A stretch of DNA of 64,000 nucleotides from an uncultured Rhodopirellula sp. (GTDB taxonomy: Bacteria > Planctomycetota > Planctomycetia > Pirellulales > Pirellulaceae): contig CAXGAI010000020.1 of the NCBI GenBank assembly GCA_964007735.1, forward strand, positions 1 through 64,000. Reading direction: 5' to 3'. Positions 28,115 through 37,817 of this stretch are shown piece by piece. Both the position numbers and the translations under genes were made by a program. The notes under the pieces are model-generated. The model was not told where the DNA came from, ran no database searches, and saw only the letters and a program-made list of their open reading frames with translations. Positions within the stretch are counted from its first letter, which is position 1; every line of letters begins with the position of its first letter.

Positions 28115-29455
28115 ATGGATTGTGATCTTTCACCTCGTCAAATTGTTGAACGCTTGGACCAGTACATTGTTGGTCAGGGCCAGGCGAAACGAGCGGTTGC
28201 CATTGCGATCAGAAATCGCTGGCGTCGTCAGCAATTGGCAAGTGACATGCGACAGGAAGTTTCGCCTAAGAATATTTTGATGATCGGCCCGACTGGGGTG
28301 GGTAAAACGGAAATCGCGAGAAGGCTGGCTAAGCTAACCGGAGCACCCTTTGTGAAAGTGGAAGCTACGAAATATACCGAAGTTGGATATTACGGTCGGG
28401 ACGTGGAAAGTATCGTTCGTGATTTGACGGAGAATTCGATTCAATTAGTCAAAGAGCGTGAACGCGATACGGTAGTTCCGGAGGCTCAGAAGCGTGTTGA
28501 CGAGCGCCTGCTGGATCTTCTCGCCCCACCTCCGATAACCATTACCACTTCGGGGGACGATGAGTACAACCCGGAAGAACAATACCAGCGTACTCGTGAA
28601 AAAATGAAGGCCATGTTAGTTTCCGGGGAACTGGATCAGCGTGCAGTTGAAATTACGACACAGCACAAAGCGAATCCAGTCGTTATGGGCGGCATGGGAA
28701 TGGAGGGCATGGACATGGATTTGCAGGGTATGTTCGACAAAATTATGCCTTCCACAAGTAAGCGGCGAGAAATGACAGTAAAGCAAGCACGCCAAGTTTT
28801 ATTGGAGGAAGAATGCGAAAATCTACTGGATGACGATAAAGTACATAGTATGGGAATCTCTCTTGCCGAGAATCTGGGGATCGTATTTTTAGATGAAATA
28901 GATAAAGTGACGGCAGCGGAAGGGAAAAGCGCGGACGTTTCGCGGGCGGGGGTTCAACGGGATCTATTACCAATTGTCGAAGGTACCTCGGTGAAGACCC
29001 GTTATGGCTATGTGAAGACCGACCATATCTTGTTTGTGGCGGCCGGAGCCTTTCATAGTTCTCAGCCAAGCGATCTCATGCCGGAGTTGCAGGGGCGGTT
29101 TCCAATTCGCGTGGAATTGGAAAGCCTGACGGCCAAAGACTTTGAGCGAATTCTGGTGGAGCCTGATAATTCACTTACAAAACAGTATCAGGCCTTACTA
29201 GAGACTGAGGGGATTACCATCCAATTCAAAGAGGATGCTGTGAAAGCTTTGGCTAATTATGCGTTTACGGTCAATCAAACCACCCAGAATATAGGGGCTC
29301 GAAGGTTGCACACCATTCTTGAGCGTTTACTAGAAGAATTGAGCTTCGAAGCTTCTGAGATGTCTTCCTGTACGGTCGAGATTAATGAAGGGTTTGTAAA
29401 TAGCCGACTCGAGGAAGTCGCTGCGGATGAAGACTTAAGTCGTTATATACTTTAG
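28115..29455 (+). CDS. hslU: ATP-dependent protease ATPase subunit HslU
   Basis: PKNILMIGPTGVGKTEIARR, FLDEIDK, GVQRDLLP, PELQGRFPIR, NIGARRL, DLSRYIL. Confidence 0.97.
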   Translation: MDCDLSPRQIVERLDQYIVGQGQAKRAVAIAIRNRWRRQQLASDMRQEVSPKNILMIGPTGVGKTEIARRLAKLTGAPFVKVEATKYTEVGYYGRDVESIVRDLTENSIQLVKERERDTVVPEAQKRVDERLLDLLAPPPITITTSGDDEYNPEEQYQRTREKMKAMLVSGELDQRAVEITTQHKANPVVMGGMGMEGMDMDLQGMFDKIMPSTSKRREMTVKQARQVLLEEECENLLDDDKVHSMGISLAENLGIVFLDEIDKVTAAEGKSADVSRAGVQRDLLPIVEGTSVKTRYGYVKTDHILFVAAGAFHSSQPSDLMPELQGRFPIRVELESLTAKDFERILVEPDNSLTKQYQALLETEGITIQFKEDAVKALANYAFTVNQTTQNIGARRLHTILERLLEELSFEASEMSSCTVEINEGFVNSRLEEVAADEDLSRYIL

Positions 29456-29604
29456 CCGCCCTTCCGGTTGTCTTCGCTATGGTGAGGTTTGGGTATGACA
29501 CAATTCGATGAGTCACGATATAATATAACCATTGGCATATATTTAATCATGTGTTCCCATTTGCTTCGAGCGATGATCTGACTTCTGTCAGATACGGTCT
29601 GGCG

Positions 29605-31932
29605 ATGTTACGTCATTTACTGTTTGGTTTCCAAATGTGTGGTCGGTTTACTTTTTGTTCGCTCGTATTTTTTACCGCCGCGAGCGTGTTTGCACAGGTA
29701 GAACCCGTTGTCGATTATGAAAAAGAAGTGAAGCCGTTCTTTGCGAAGTATTGTAATGGCTGCCATAATGCTGACGCTTTAGAGGCTGGTGTTCGAACGG
29801 ATCATAGCCATCTTGAGGATGTTTTCATTAATGATCGTGAAAACTGGCTTAAGGTTTATGACATGCTCCGGTTTAAGGCGATGCCACCGGAAGAGGCTGA
29901 GCAACCAAGAGATGATGAGCGTGACTTGGTCGCCATTTGGCTCGATGAGAATCTCAATAGTGTCGATTGTGACAAAGTGAAAGATCCTGGATCGGTAACA
30001 ATTCGGCGACTTAACCGTCTCGAATATAACAATACGATTCGCGACTTGTTTGGCATCAAGTTTCGTCCAGCCGACGACTTTCCGTCGGACGACGTTGGTG
30101 AAGGATTTGACAATATTGGCGATGTCCTGACGCTGTCCCCGCTACTAATGGAAAAATATTTAAACGCGGCTGAGCAGGTCGCGGAACAGGTGATTTATGC
30201 GCCCAATGAAGAAAATCAGGCGGAGACTCTGATTGCACTCGACCAATTCAAAGTGAACCGTTCGGGTGCACTCGCGGATGGTGCTTTGAGATTTTACACG
30301 AATGGGGACGCGACGGCGTTATTCGAAGCCCCCTTCAGCGGTAAGTATGTATTACGAGTGCGTGTCGGTGCAGATCAGGCTGGAAGTGAGCTAGCGAAGA
30401 TGGTGTTGCAGGTGGACCAGCGGTCCCAACAGTTGATGTCCATTTCGGCGAGAACACGCACACCGAGAGAATACGAGTTTAAGATGCAGTTAGCATCCGG
30501 AAAACACGCCGTTCGAATTGGATTCATTAACGACTTTTATAATCCGAGAGCCTCGGACCCTAATCAAAGAGACAGGAATCTCAGTATTTTTGCTGTGAAT
30601 TTGGTGGGCCCAGAGGTCGTTCCACAGGATGCCTTGAGTAGTTTACAGCGCGAGATACTGGCCTTGCAGGTCAATCAAGGCGCTGAGGCGACCGCAGCCG
30701 CGTCGCGTATCCTTACCCCGATCATTAGCCGGGCCTTCAGACGCAACGTGGATCCTCGCCATGTGCTGGCGTATGCAAATCTCGTGAATCTGGTCATGGA
30801 CCAAGGGGAGACTTTTGCTCGGGGTATGCAGGTAGCACTCAGTTCTGTTCTGGTTTCGCCAAGGTTTCTCTTTCGCGTTGAGGGGAATCGGGGCTCGAAA
30901 GACTCTGTGCGGGATATCGACCCTTACGAGCTTGCTACCCGATTGTCATACTTTTTGTGGAGTAGTACGCCGGACGATCGGCTATTGTCATTAGCCTTTG
31001 ATGGAGAACTCACCAAGGCTCGTGTGTTGGAGTCAGAGATAGAACGGATGTTGATTGACCCTAAGGCCTCGGGTCTTGTGGATGGCTTTGCAACGCAGTG
31101 GTTGAATTTACGTAACTTGGACGATGTCACCCCTGCCCCAAAATTTAATTTTAGTGACTCGTTGCGCGAATCTATGAAGACAGAAACAAGAATGTTCTTT
31201 GAGGAGGTAATGCGCCGTAATAGATCGATCACAGAATTTCTAGATGGGAAATTTACGTTCGTCAATGAGGAACTGGCAAAACACTACGATCTTCCTGACG
31301 TATCAGGCCCGGAGTTTCGTCTCGTTAGTCTGGTAAATACGCCACGCTACGGTGTTTTGACACAGGGGAGTGTGTTGACACTTACTTCTCAGCCTAACCG
31401 CACTTCGCCCGTGATACGGGGGAAATGGATTATGGAAAATATCCTCGGTACGAGGCCACCGGATCCACCGGAGGATGTCCCGGAAATTGACGAAGCAAAG
31501 GCAGAGTCAGGCGAGGTTAGTTTTCGTAAACAATTGGAAATACATCGGGAAAGTCCGATTTGTGCAAGCTGTCACAATCATATGGATCCACTGGGATTTG
31601 GATTTGAGAATTATGATGCGATTGGTCGATTTAGAGTAAAAGACGGACAATTTGATATAGATCCTGCAGGAATACTCCCTACGGGCGAAAAATTTGAAGG
31701 CACGAAGGAATTAGTAGCTATTCTTAGAGGTCGGGAGCGAGAGTTCGCGAGGTCGTTGGCATCGCGAATGTTGACCTTCGCATTAGGAAGAGGATTGCGA
31801 TACTATGATCGCTGTGCAATTGATAAAATAATCGTCGAACTTGAACGCGACGATTTTCGGTTTCATTCGCTGGTAAAGCAGATTGTATTTAGCGATCCGT
31901 TTCTGAAAAGGCGTATTGACGGAGAGAAATGA
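29605..31932 (+). CDS. Secreted DUF1592/DUF1588/DUF1587/DUF1585/DUF1595 protein with cytochrome-c motifs and a carbohydrate-binding-like insert
   Basis: CNGCH and CASCH; IRRLNRLEYNNTIRDL; LATRLSYFLWSS; TSPVIRGKW; FINDFY..DRNL insert. Start uncertain (29551, 29605 or 29635). Confidence 0.88.
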   Translation: MLRHLLFGFQMCGRFTFCSLVFFTAASVFAQVEPVVDYEKEVKPFFAKYCNGCHNADALEAGVRTDHSHLEDVFINDRENWLKVYDMLRFKAMPPEEAEQPRDDERDLVAIWLDENLNSVDCDKVKDPGSVTIRRLNRLEYNNTIRDLFGIKFRPADDFPSDDVGEGFDNIGDVLTLSPLLMEKYLNAAEQVAEQVIYAPNEENQAETLIALDQFKVNRSGALADGALRFYTNGDATALFEAPFSGKYVLRVRVGADQAGSELAKMVLQVDQRSQQLMSISARTRTPREYEFKMQLASGKHAVRIGFINDFYNPRASDPNQRDRNLSIFAVNLVGPEVVPQDALSSLQREILALQVNQGAEATAAASRILTPIISRAFRRNVDPRHVLAYANLVNLVMDQGETFARGMQVALSSVLVSPRFLFRVEGNRGSKDSVRDIDPYELATRLSYFLWSSTPDDRLLSLAFDGELTKARVLESEIERMLIDPKASGLVDGFATQWLNLRNLDDVTPAPKFNFSDSLRESMKTETRMFFEEVMRRNRSITEFLDGKFTFVNEELAKHYDLPDVSGPEFRLVSLVNTPRYGVLTQGSVLTLTSQPNRTSPVIRGKWIMENILGTRPPDPPEDVPEIDEAKAESGEVSFRKQLEIHRESPICASCHNHMDPLGFGFENYDAIGRFRVKDGQFDIDPAGILPTGEKFEGTKELVAILRGREREFARSLASRMLTFALGRGLRYYDRCAIDKIIVELERDDFRFHSLVKQIVFSDPFLKRRIDGEK

Positions 31933-33266
31933 TGAAGAAATTAGATCGACGAACGTTTTTACGTGGAGCCGGGCTTGGCGTGGGGCTTCCTTGGCTCCAT
32001 GCGATGAACCCTAATACGTCAGTATTCGCTGCCGCACCGGAACCTGCACCGAATCGTATGGCTTTTGTGTTCTTTCCTAATGGTGCGATTATGGACTCCT
32101 GGAAGCCTGCAGGCGACGGAGAAACCTACGTTCAGTCAGATACCCTTAAAGTCTTAGAGGACTTTCGCAGTGACTTTAATGTCATCACAGGCCTTGCCCA
32201 GGACATGGGCCGTGCTCATGGGGATGGGGCCGGCGATCATGCTCGGTGCGCGTCGACCTATTTAACTGGTGCTCATCCTTACAAGACCTCAGGCGCTGAT
32301 ATCAAAGTTGGCGTGTCGGTTGATCAGGCTGCCGCTCAGCAGGTTGGTTTTCGAACGCGTCTACCATCCCTCGAGTTAGGTTTGAAACAGGGACGAAATG
32401 CAGGGAATTGCGACTCTGGTTACAGTTGTGCCTATTCCAATAATGTCTCATGGAAAACGGAAAACGTTCCGATGGCAAAGGAGATCAATCCTCGCCTGGC
32501 GTTCGAACGTATCTTCGGTACCGGTGAAAAAACAGATGAGAGCCGTCGACGCCGTGACTTTTATCGCAAGAGCGTTCTGGATCTTGTTAAGCAAGATGCA
32601 CAAGCCCTTGTAGAACAACTCGGAAAAGTCGACCGACAGAAATTAGATGAATACTTTCAAAGCGTACGTGAGTTAGAACTTCGCGTTCAACGAGCTGAGG
32701 ATTTAGCGAATATAGAACGTCCGGAGTTGGAACTGCCGGAAAATGCCCCCAGTAGTTTTGAAGAGCATATGCATTTAATGTATGACATAATTGCATTAGC
32801 ATTTCAGACGGATTCCACTAGGATCGCGACACTGATGTTAGGGAATGCGGGAAGTAACCGAAGTTATAAAATGGTAGGTGTGAACGAAGGTCACCATCAG
32901 TTGTCACATCATAGAAATGACCAACCCTTGATGGACAAGATTCGAAAGATTGATCTCTATCTTGCCGAAGGGTTCAAGTACTTTCTGAAAAAGCTTAAAG
33001 AGATGCCGGAAGGAGAGGGTAACCTGTTGGATAACTCGATGATCGTATACGGTTCTGGCTTGAGTGACGGTAATCGACACAGTCATCACGACTTGCCCAT
33101 TGTTCTTGCTGGTAGTGCGGGAAAAACTATTCAGACAGGTCGCCATATTGTCCTGCCGGAAGAGACACCACTGAACAATCTCTTCCTCTCTATGTTGGAT
33201 CGTCTGGACGCAGATGTTAAGGCGATTGGAGACAGCACCGGTCGTCTCACTGCGATTGATAGCTAA
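31929..33266 (+). CDS. DUF1552 (HXXSHH) protein with Tat-like signal
   Basis: LDRRTFLRGAG, FFPNG, HHQLSHH, GNRHSH. 4-bp overlap with the upstream partner, the usual pairing for these families. Confidence 0.9.
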   Translation: MMKKLDRRTFLRGAGLGVGLPWLHAMNPNTSVFAAAPEPAPNRMAFVFFPNGAIMDSWKPAGDGETYVQSDTLKVLEDFRSDFNVITGLAQDMGRAHGDGAGDHARCASTYLTGAHPYKTSGADIKVGVSVDQAAAQQVGFRTRLPSLELGLKQGRNAGNCDSGYSCAYSNNVSWKTENVPMAKEINPRLAFERIFGTGEKTDESRRRRDFYRKSVLDLVKQDAQALVEQLGKVDRQKLDEYFQSVRELELRVQRAEDLANIERPELELPENAPSSFEEHMHLMYDIIALAFQTDSTRIATLMLGNAGSNRSYKMVGVNEGHHQLSHHRNDQPLMDKIRKIDLYLAEGFKYFLKKLKEMPEGEGNLLDNSMIVYGSGLSDGNRHSHHDLPIVLAGSAGKTIQTGRHIVLPEETPLNNLFLSMLDRLDADVKAIGDSTGRLTAIDS

Positions 33267-33289
33267 TTTCGTTTGGAGTTTCCCTGACT

Positions 33290-33952
33290 ATGAGTGACGA
33301 TTCTTCTGATCACAACCGTTCGGGTTCAGTGCAGGCCAATCCTGTTGCTGCACGTGTGTCGGAGCACGCGAGTCGCGGCGTTTTTAGCACAGGTGTAGTC
33401 TTACTGACCGGTGGTAGTGAGTTCATTGTAGACTTCGTGCAAAATCTTGGATCTCCTACATCGGTGGTCGCTCGAGTTATTATTCCACACGGAGCGATGG
33501 GCAGGATTATCGACGCTATCGAACGTAACGTGGAAGGACACGAGGATCGGTACGGTCCGATTCCCGGCGAGTTTACCACTCCCAATACGCCCACTGAGAA
33601 ACCAGCAGTCAAGCCTAAAGAAGAGATTGTTGCCGAAGACCTGACTTCAGAACAATTAGTGGGTATTGGAGAGATGGCGTCTGCAGGAACTGTGGAGAGT
33701 AGTGAGCCATCTGCGCAGGATATCTACGATGACATCCGTTTAGAACCGGAAGTCGAAAATGGTGTTTATGCCAACGCCTTGATGATTGGGCATTCCGCCT
33801 CTGAGTTCAAATTGGATTTCATTGCTAATCTATATCCAAAATCTATTGTTACTTCTCGCGTGTTTTTGTCCGCTCCGCAATTAATGCGAGTGTTGCAGTC
33901 CTTAAAACGTACATATTCCCAGTTCATAGCACGTAATAACGCTTCGAAGTAA
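33290..33952 (+). CDS. Tandem DUF3467-like protein
   Basis: Two homologous halves (GVFST..EFIVDF..ARVII; GVYAN..EFKLDF..SRVFL) joined by an acidic linker. Confidence 0.7.
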   Translation: MSDDSSDHNRSGSVQANPVAARVSEHASRGVFSTGVVLLTGGSEFIVDFVQNLGSPTSVVARVIIPHGAMGRIIDAIERNVEGHEDRYGPIPGEFTTPNTPTEKPAVKPKEEIVAEDLTSEQLVGIGEMASAGTVESSEPSAQDIYDDIRLEPEVENGVYANALMIGHSASEFKLDFIANLYPKSIVTSRVFLSAPQLMRVLQSLKRTYSQFIARNNASK

Positions 33953-33990
33953 TATTCATTTAATCAATGTGATAGGTCGGAGAGAAGACC

Positions 33991-34410
33991 GTGGGCAAAC
34001 AGGTATTAGTTCTTTGCACTGGTAACTCATGCCGTAGTCAAATGGCAGAACGATTGTTTCCATTGCTTTCAGAAGGGGAATGGGAGGGTGCCTCTGCGGG
34101 CTCGGATCCGTCGGGATATGTACACCCTAAGGCGATTGAAGTCATGCGGGAATTGGGAGTTGATTTAACTGACGGCGTTAGCGAACATGTCGATACCTAT
34201 AAAGATTGCAGGTTTGATTTGGTGGTTACTGTGTGTAATAACGCTGCTGAGAGTTGTCCGGTCTTTTCTGGAGATACCCCTGTGGTTCATTGGCCCTTCG
34301 AGGATCCAGCGGATGCGGTTGGGAGCGAGGAACAGGTTCTTGCTTGCTTCCGCGATATTCGGGATCAAATCTCGGCACGCATTAAGATGTTCCTGGCAAA
34401 AGGGGAATAG
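33991..34410 (+). CDS. arsC: Arsenate reductase, thioredoxin-coupled LMW-PTP type
   Basis: CTGNSCRSQMAE P-loop, VC....ESCP resolving cysteines, HWPFEDPA. Confidence 0.9.
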   Translation: MGKQVLVLCTGNSCRSQMAERLFPLLSEGEWEGASAGSDPSGYVHPKAIEVMRELGVDLTDGVSEHVDTYKDCRFDLVVTVCNNAAESCPVFSGDTPVVHWPFEDPADAVGSEEQVLACFRDIRDQISARIKMFLAKGE

Positions 34411-34440
34411 CCCGACGGGCGCGACCATTAGTGATTGTTC

Positions 34441-35784
34441 CTATATCCGAGGGAGTTGCCACGGCTTGCGGTATATTGGGCGAGTTCTTAAAGCATTTGC
34501 CTCCGCGTCGTTGAGGAACAACTCAGTCTTGGGGTCGAGGGTGACCTGACGACCTAAACGCCAGGATACGTTGGCCGAATGGCATAAGATTGAGGAGGGG
34601 TGTCCTACGGTTTCCAGATCAGCATTAGGACGTTTTCGGGAACGCATGCAATCCAGGAAATTCCTCATGTGACTGGCACCACCGTTTTCCCCGGCCCCTT
34701 GCGAAAGCACCTTTCCGCCGGGATCAAAGGCTCGCCATCGTCGATTGCCGATAACGATATAGCCTTTATCTCCGTAGAGGATTGCGCCTTCGGTTTCATC
34801 GTTGTAACGGTAAGGTGTCCACAGTCGCATCTCGTAAGACAGTAATCGGCCTGGTTTGTCACTGGTTCGATCTCCATATTCAAACGTTGCCTGGAGCGAG
34901 TCAGGCCATTCCTGCAGATCATCAAAGTACCATTTACCGCCGAGGCTGCTGATGCGGGTTGGCATGTAGAGGGGTTCCATGCCCTGAGCTCGACCTGCAG
35001 TATCAAGGGCCCATCGGGCGATATCAATACGGTGTACCCCATCGTTACCCAAGTCGCCAGTTCCATAATCAAAGAACCAACGCCAGTGTCCATGAAAACG
35101 ACGAGGATTAAAGGCGCGATTGGGTGCAGGTCCAAGCCAAAAGTCGTAGTCGACACCTTCGGGAGGGGAAGAGTCTGCCGGTTTGCCGATGCTTCCCTGT
35201 TTGGCTGACTCCCAAGCTTTGGCCACTAAGACCTTGCCTAGATGTCCGTCCCTAATCCAGTCAATAGCGGATTGGAAATGCTCACTCGTTCGTGCCTGTG
35301 TACCCATCTGAACGATTCGTTTGTATTTACGCATCGCCCTCACCATGGTTTGGCCTTCAAGGATGTTATGCCCATCGGGTTTTTCGACATAGACGTCTTG
35401 ACCTGCCTGACAGGCCAGAATGGTTGGGATTGCATGCCAGTGGTCTGGTGTACCAACAACGACGGCATCGATGGTGGTGTCATCGGTGATGTGACGAAAG
35501 TCGGTAAAGACTTTCGGCGTGTTGCCGGCTATATTCTTCACAGTTTCAACGGCTGCTTCGTGATAACGACGGTCGACATCAGCAAGTGCCACGACGTCGA
35601 CGTCGCCCTGGCCGGCGAAGACACGCATCAATGCCCCCGCGCGACCATGGGTACCAACCATCCCAATCCGAATGCGATCGTTGGGGCCAACGCTCCGAGC
35701 TTCTAGCCGGCGTTCATAGAGTGCAACGCGGCTGGCTGCGAATCCGCTAACAGCGGAAGATCCTAGAAAACCACGACGATCCAT
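34441..35784 (-). CDS. Tat-exported Gfo/Idh/MocA oxidoreductase
   Basis: MDRRGFL, TPDHWH, DVYVEKP, WLGPAP, DGVHRID. Confidence 0.92.
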   Translation of the reverse strand: MDRRGFLGSSAVSGFAASRVALYERRLEARSVGPNDRIRIGMVGTHGRAGALMRVFAGQGDVDVVALADVDRRYHEAAVETVKNIAGNTPKVFTDFRHITDDTTIDAVVVGTPDHWHAIPTILACQAGQDVYVEKPDGHNILEGQTMVRAMRKYKRIVQMGTQARTSEHFQSAIDWIRDGHLGKVLVAKAWESAKQGSIGKPADSSPPEGVDYDFWLGPAPNRAFNPRRFHGHWRWFFDYGTGDLGNDGVHRIDIARWALDTAGRAQGMEPLYMPTRISSLGGKWYFDDLQEWPDSLQATFEYGDRTSDKPGRLLSYEMRLWTPYRYNDETEGAILYGDKGYIVIGNRRWRAFDPGGKVLSQGAGENGGASHMRNFLDCMRSRKRPNADLETVGHPSSILCHSANVSWRLGRQVTLDPKTELFLNDAEANALRTRPIYRKPWQLPRI

Positions 35785-35851
35785 GTTTTTGACTCCATCT
35801 GAAATTACACGACGACGAAGTTATTATAGAAAACAGAAAGGCTCGAGGCAC

Positions 35852-36310
35852 CTAAATACTCGACTCTTCGTCGTTATTAGGCCTGTCAGTTGGATAGAAA
35901 AGAGCTCTTTTTTGATCTGGCAGTGAGTAATCGAAACCACACTGTTTAAGAAATTCATCAGAGGCGGAAATTGCCATTACTTCCAGAATGTTGTGTTGCT
36001 TTGCGAGGTTGACACAATTCGCTACAAGTTGCTTTCCGATACCTTGTCCGTGAAACGCAGTGTCGACTGCCAAACACTGTATTTCTGCGAGTTTCTGTGA
36101 GTATATTTCGATGGCAGCAAAACCTATTAGCTGACCAGCGACGGTCGCTGTAAATGCATACTGCAGTAGGCCAGCAAGGTCGTCCGGGGTGCGAGGCAAC
36201 AAAAGGTGCTGCTCCACAAACGGATTTAACAACTGTTGGATGTCAGTAAGGTCATCCTTGGTAGCTTCCCGAATAATGAATTGTCCGTCGGAGTGGATCA
36301 TGGTAAGCAA
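35852..36310 (-). CDS. GNAT acetyltransferase, short ArgA (N-acetylglutamate synthase)-like
   Basis: LLPR, AEIQCLAV, GQGIGKQLV, F.KQCGF. Confidence 0.82.
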   Translation of the reverse strand: MLTMIHSDGQFIIREATKDDLTDIQQLLNPFVEQHLLLPRTPDDLAGLLQYAFTATVAGQLIGFAAIEIYSQKLAEIQCLAVDTAFHGQGIGKQLVANCVNLAKQHNILEVMAISASDEFLKQCGFDYSLPDQKRALFYPTDRPNNDEESSI

Positions 36311-36400
36311 AAACCGAAAGTTAAATAAAAGAGCTTATTCTTTCCTGATGGTACGAATTTACAGCATGCGATTCAACATCACATTTAGTCGCCACCGGAT

Positions 36401-37153
36401 TTAGCTCAACATAGCTTCGATGGCCGTTAGCGTCTTGGCGATATTGTCCCGGATGACCAAATCTGCAAACGAGTCGTGCTGGGTGGCATCACGATTCACA
36501 ATGACGAGTTTGGCTCCGTATTGTTTTGCCGTGACTGGCAGCGAAGCCGCAGGTTCCACCACTAACGAGGTGCCCATGACAAGCATGAGATCTGCAGTAC
36601 GAACCAATGCGGTTGCAGCTTTCAAAACACTTGCCTCAAGTGGTTGTCCGAACGAAATGGTAGCGTGCTTAAGGAGTCCTGCATTACAGGCGGGGCAGGC
36701 GGGCACTTTCTGCTCTCGCAGAAAGTATTTGCAATAGTCGTCAGCCCTATCACGGAACCCGCAGCGTAAGCATTGAACTTCCCGTGCGGTACCGTGGATC
36801 TCGATGACCGATTTGCTTCCGGCATCCTGGTGTAAGCCATCGATGTTTTGCGTTACGATTCCACTTAACCCTCGTTCTTTTTCCCAAGTAGCGAGCATTC
36901 GGTGTCCAGCGTTGGGTTCGGCAGTTCCAAACTCTTCGAACCCTTCACTTTTTTGCCGCCAGTATTCATATCGGGACTCGTGGTCGCTAATGAAATCCTG
37001 GAACATGACAGGCTTAACTTGGGTCCATTTGCCGCCCGGAGATCTGAAATCCGGGATTCCGCTATCGGTGCTCATTCCCGCACCAGTAAAGGCGACGATA
37101 TGACGAGCCGTCTGAATGGTCTCTGCTAAGGTCTCGATGTTAGTTGATGACAT
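36401..37153 (-). CDS. cobB: Sir2-family NAD-dependent deacylase
   Basis: TGAGMSTDSGIPDFRS, TQNIDGLH, HG, two CxxC pairs, GTSL.V.PAA. Start chosen at ATG 37153. Confidence 0.93.
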   Translation of the reverse strand: MSSTNIETLAETIQTARHIVAFTGAGMSTDSGIPDFRSPGGKWTQVKPVMFQDFISDHESRYEYWRQKSEGFEEFGTAEPNAGHRMLATWEKERGLSGIVTQNIDGLHQDAGSKSVIEIHGTAREVQCLRCGFRDRADDYCKYFLREQKVPACPACNAGLLKHATISFGQPLEASVLKAATALVRTADLMLVMGTSLVVEPAASLPVTAKQYGAKLVIVNRDATQHDSFADLVIRDNIAKTLTAIEAMLS

Positions 37154-37196
37154 GAGCCAGTCTACCGGTATGCATCTCAAATAGAAAACGAGTGTT

Positions 37197-37673
37197 TTAC
37201 TCGTATCGTATTTCGAGAACCCGGAATTTGAGCGTACCGCTAGGGACTTCAATCTCTACTTCATCACCAACTTTACGACCAAGCAGGCCTTGGCCAATGG
37301 GGCTGGTGATGAGGTATTTACCGGCGTCGTAATCCTCGTCGCCAGAGCCGACCAGCGTCATTTCTTCTTCGTCATCGAAGTCCATGTCCAGCACTTTGAC
37401 AGTCGCCCCGAAAGCTACTTCATCTTTCGGAATATTGGAAGTGTCTATGATTTGAGCCCGAGCCAGGTCTCCCTTGATTTGATTGATTTTTGCCTGCAAC
37501 ATACCCTGAGCTTCCCGTTGGGCGTGGTATTCAGCATTCTCTTTTAGGTCACCTTCTTCCCGTGCAGCTGCTATTTTCTCAGCTATCTCCGGCATTCGGA
37601 CCTTTTCCATGTGTTCGACTTCTTCACGTTTGCGATCGTACGCATCACGTGTCATTGGGATGCTACCACCCAT
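37197..37673 (-). CDS. greA: Transcription elongation factor GreA
   Basis: [27 protein letters not shown]. Confidence 0.96.
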   Translation of the reverse strand: MGGSIPMTRDAYDRKREEVEHMEKVRMPEIAEKIAAAREEGDLKENAEYHAQREAQGMLQAKINQIKGDLARAQIIDTSNIPKDEVAFGATVKVLDMDFDDEEEMTLVGSGDEDYDAGKYLITSPIGQGLLGRKVGDEVEIEVPSGTLKFRVLEIRYE

Positions 37674-37716
37674 GGTGCACCTTGTTCCTTCGCGTTGGGT
37701 TTCTAATTTAATACAA

Positions 37717-37749
37717 GCAAAAACGACCCCTGTTTGCAGTGGGAGTCGT
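37717..37749 (-). terminator. Intrinsic terminator/attenuator in the greA leader
   Basis: Minus strand ACGACTCCC-actgcaaaca-GGGGTCGT-TTTT, about 45 nt before the greA ATG. Confidence 0.65.
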
Positions 37750-37772
37750 ATGCTGTTGAACTATTAGACTTT

Positions 37773-37801
37773 ATTTTGATTCATAACCGTCTAAGTGTAA
37801 A
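37773..37801 (-). promoter_or_regulatory. Putative sigma70 promoter upstream of the greA leader hairpin
   Basis: Minus strand TTTACA-N17-CAAAAT. Confidence 0.5.
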
Positions 37802-37817
37802 GAGAGCAGTCTTCAGG

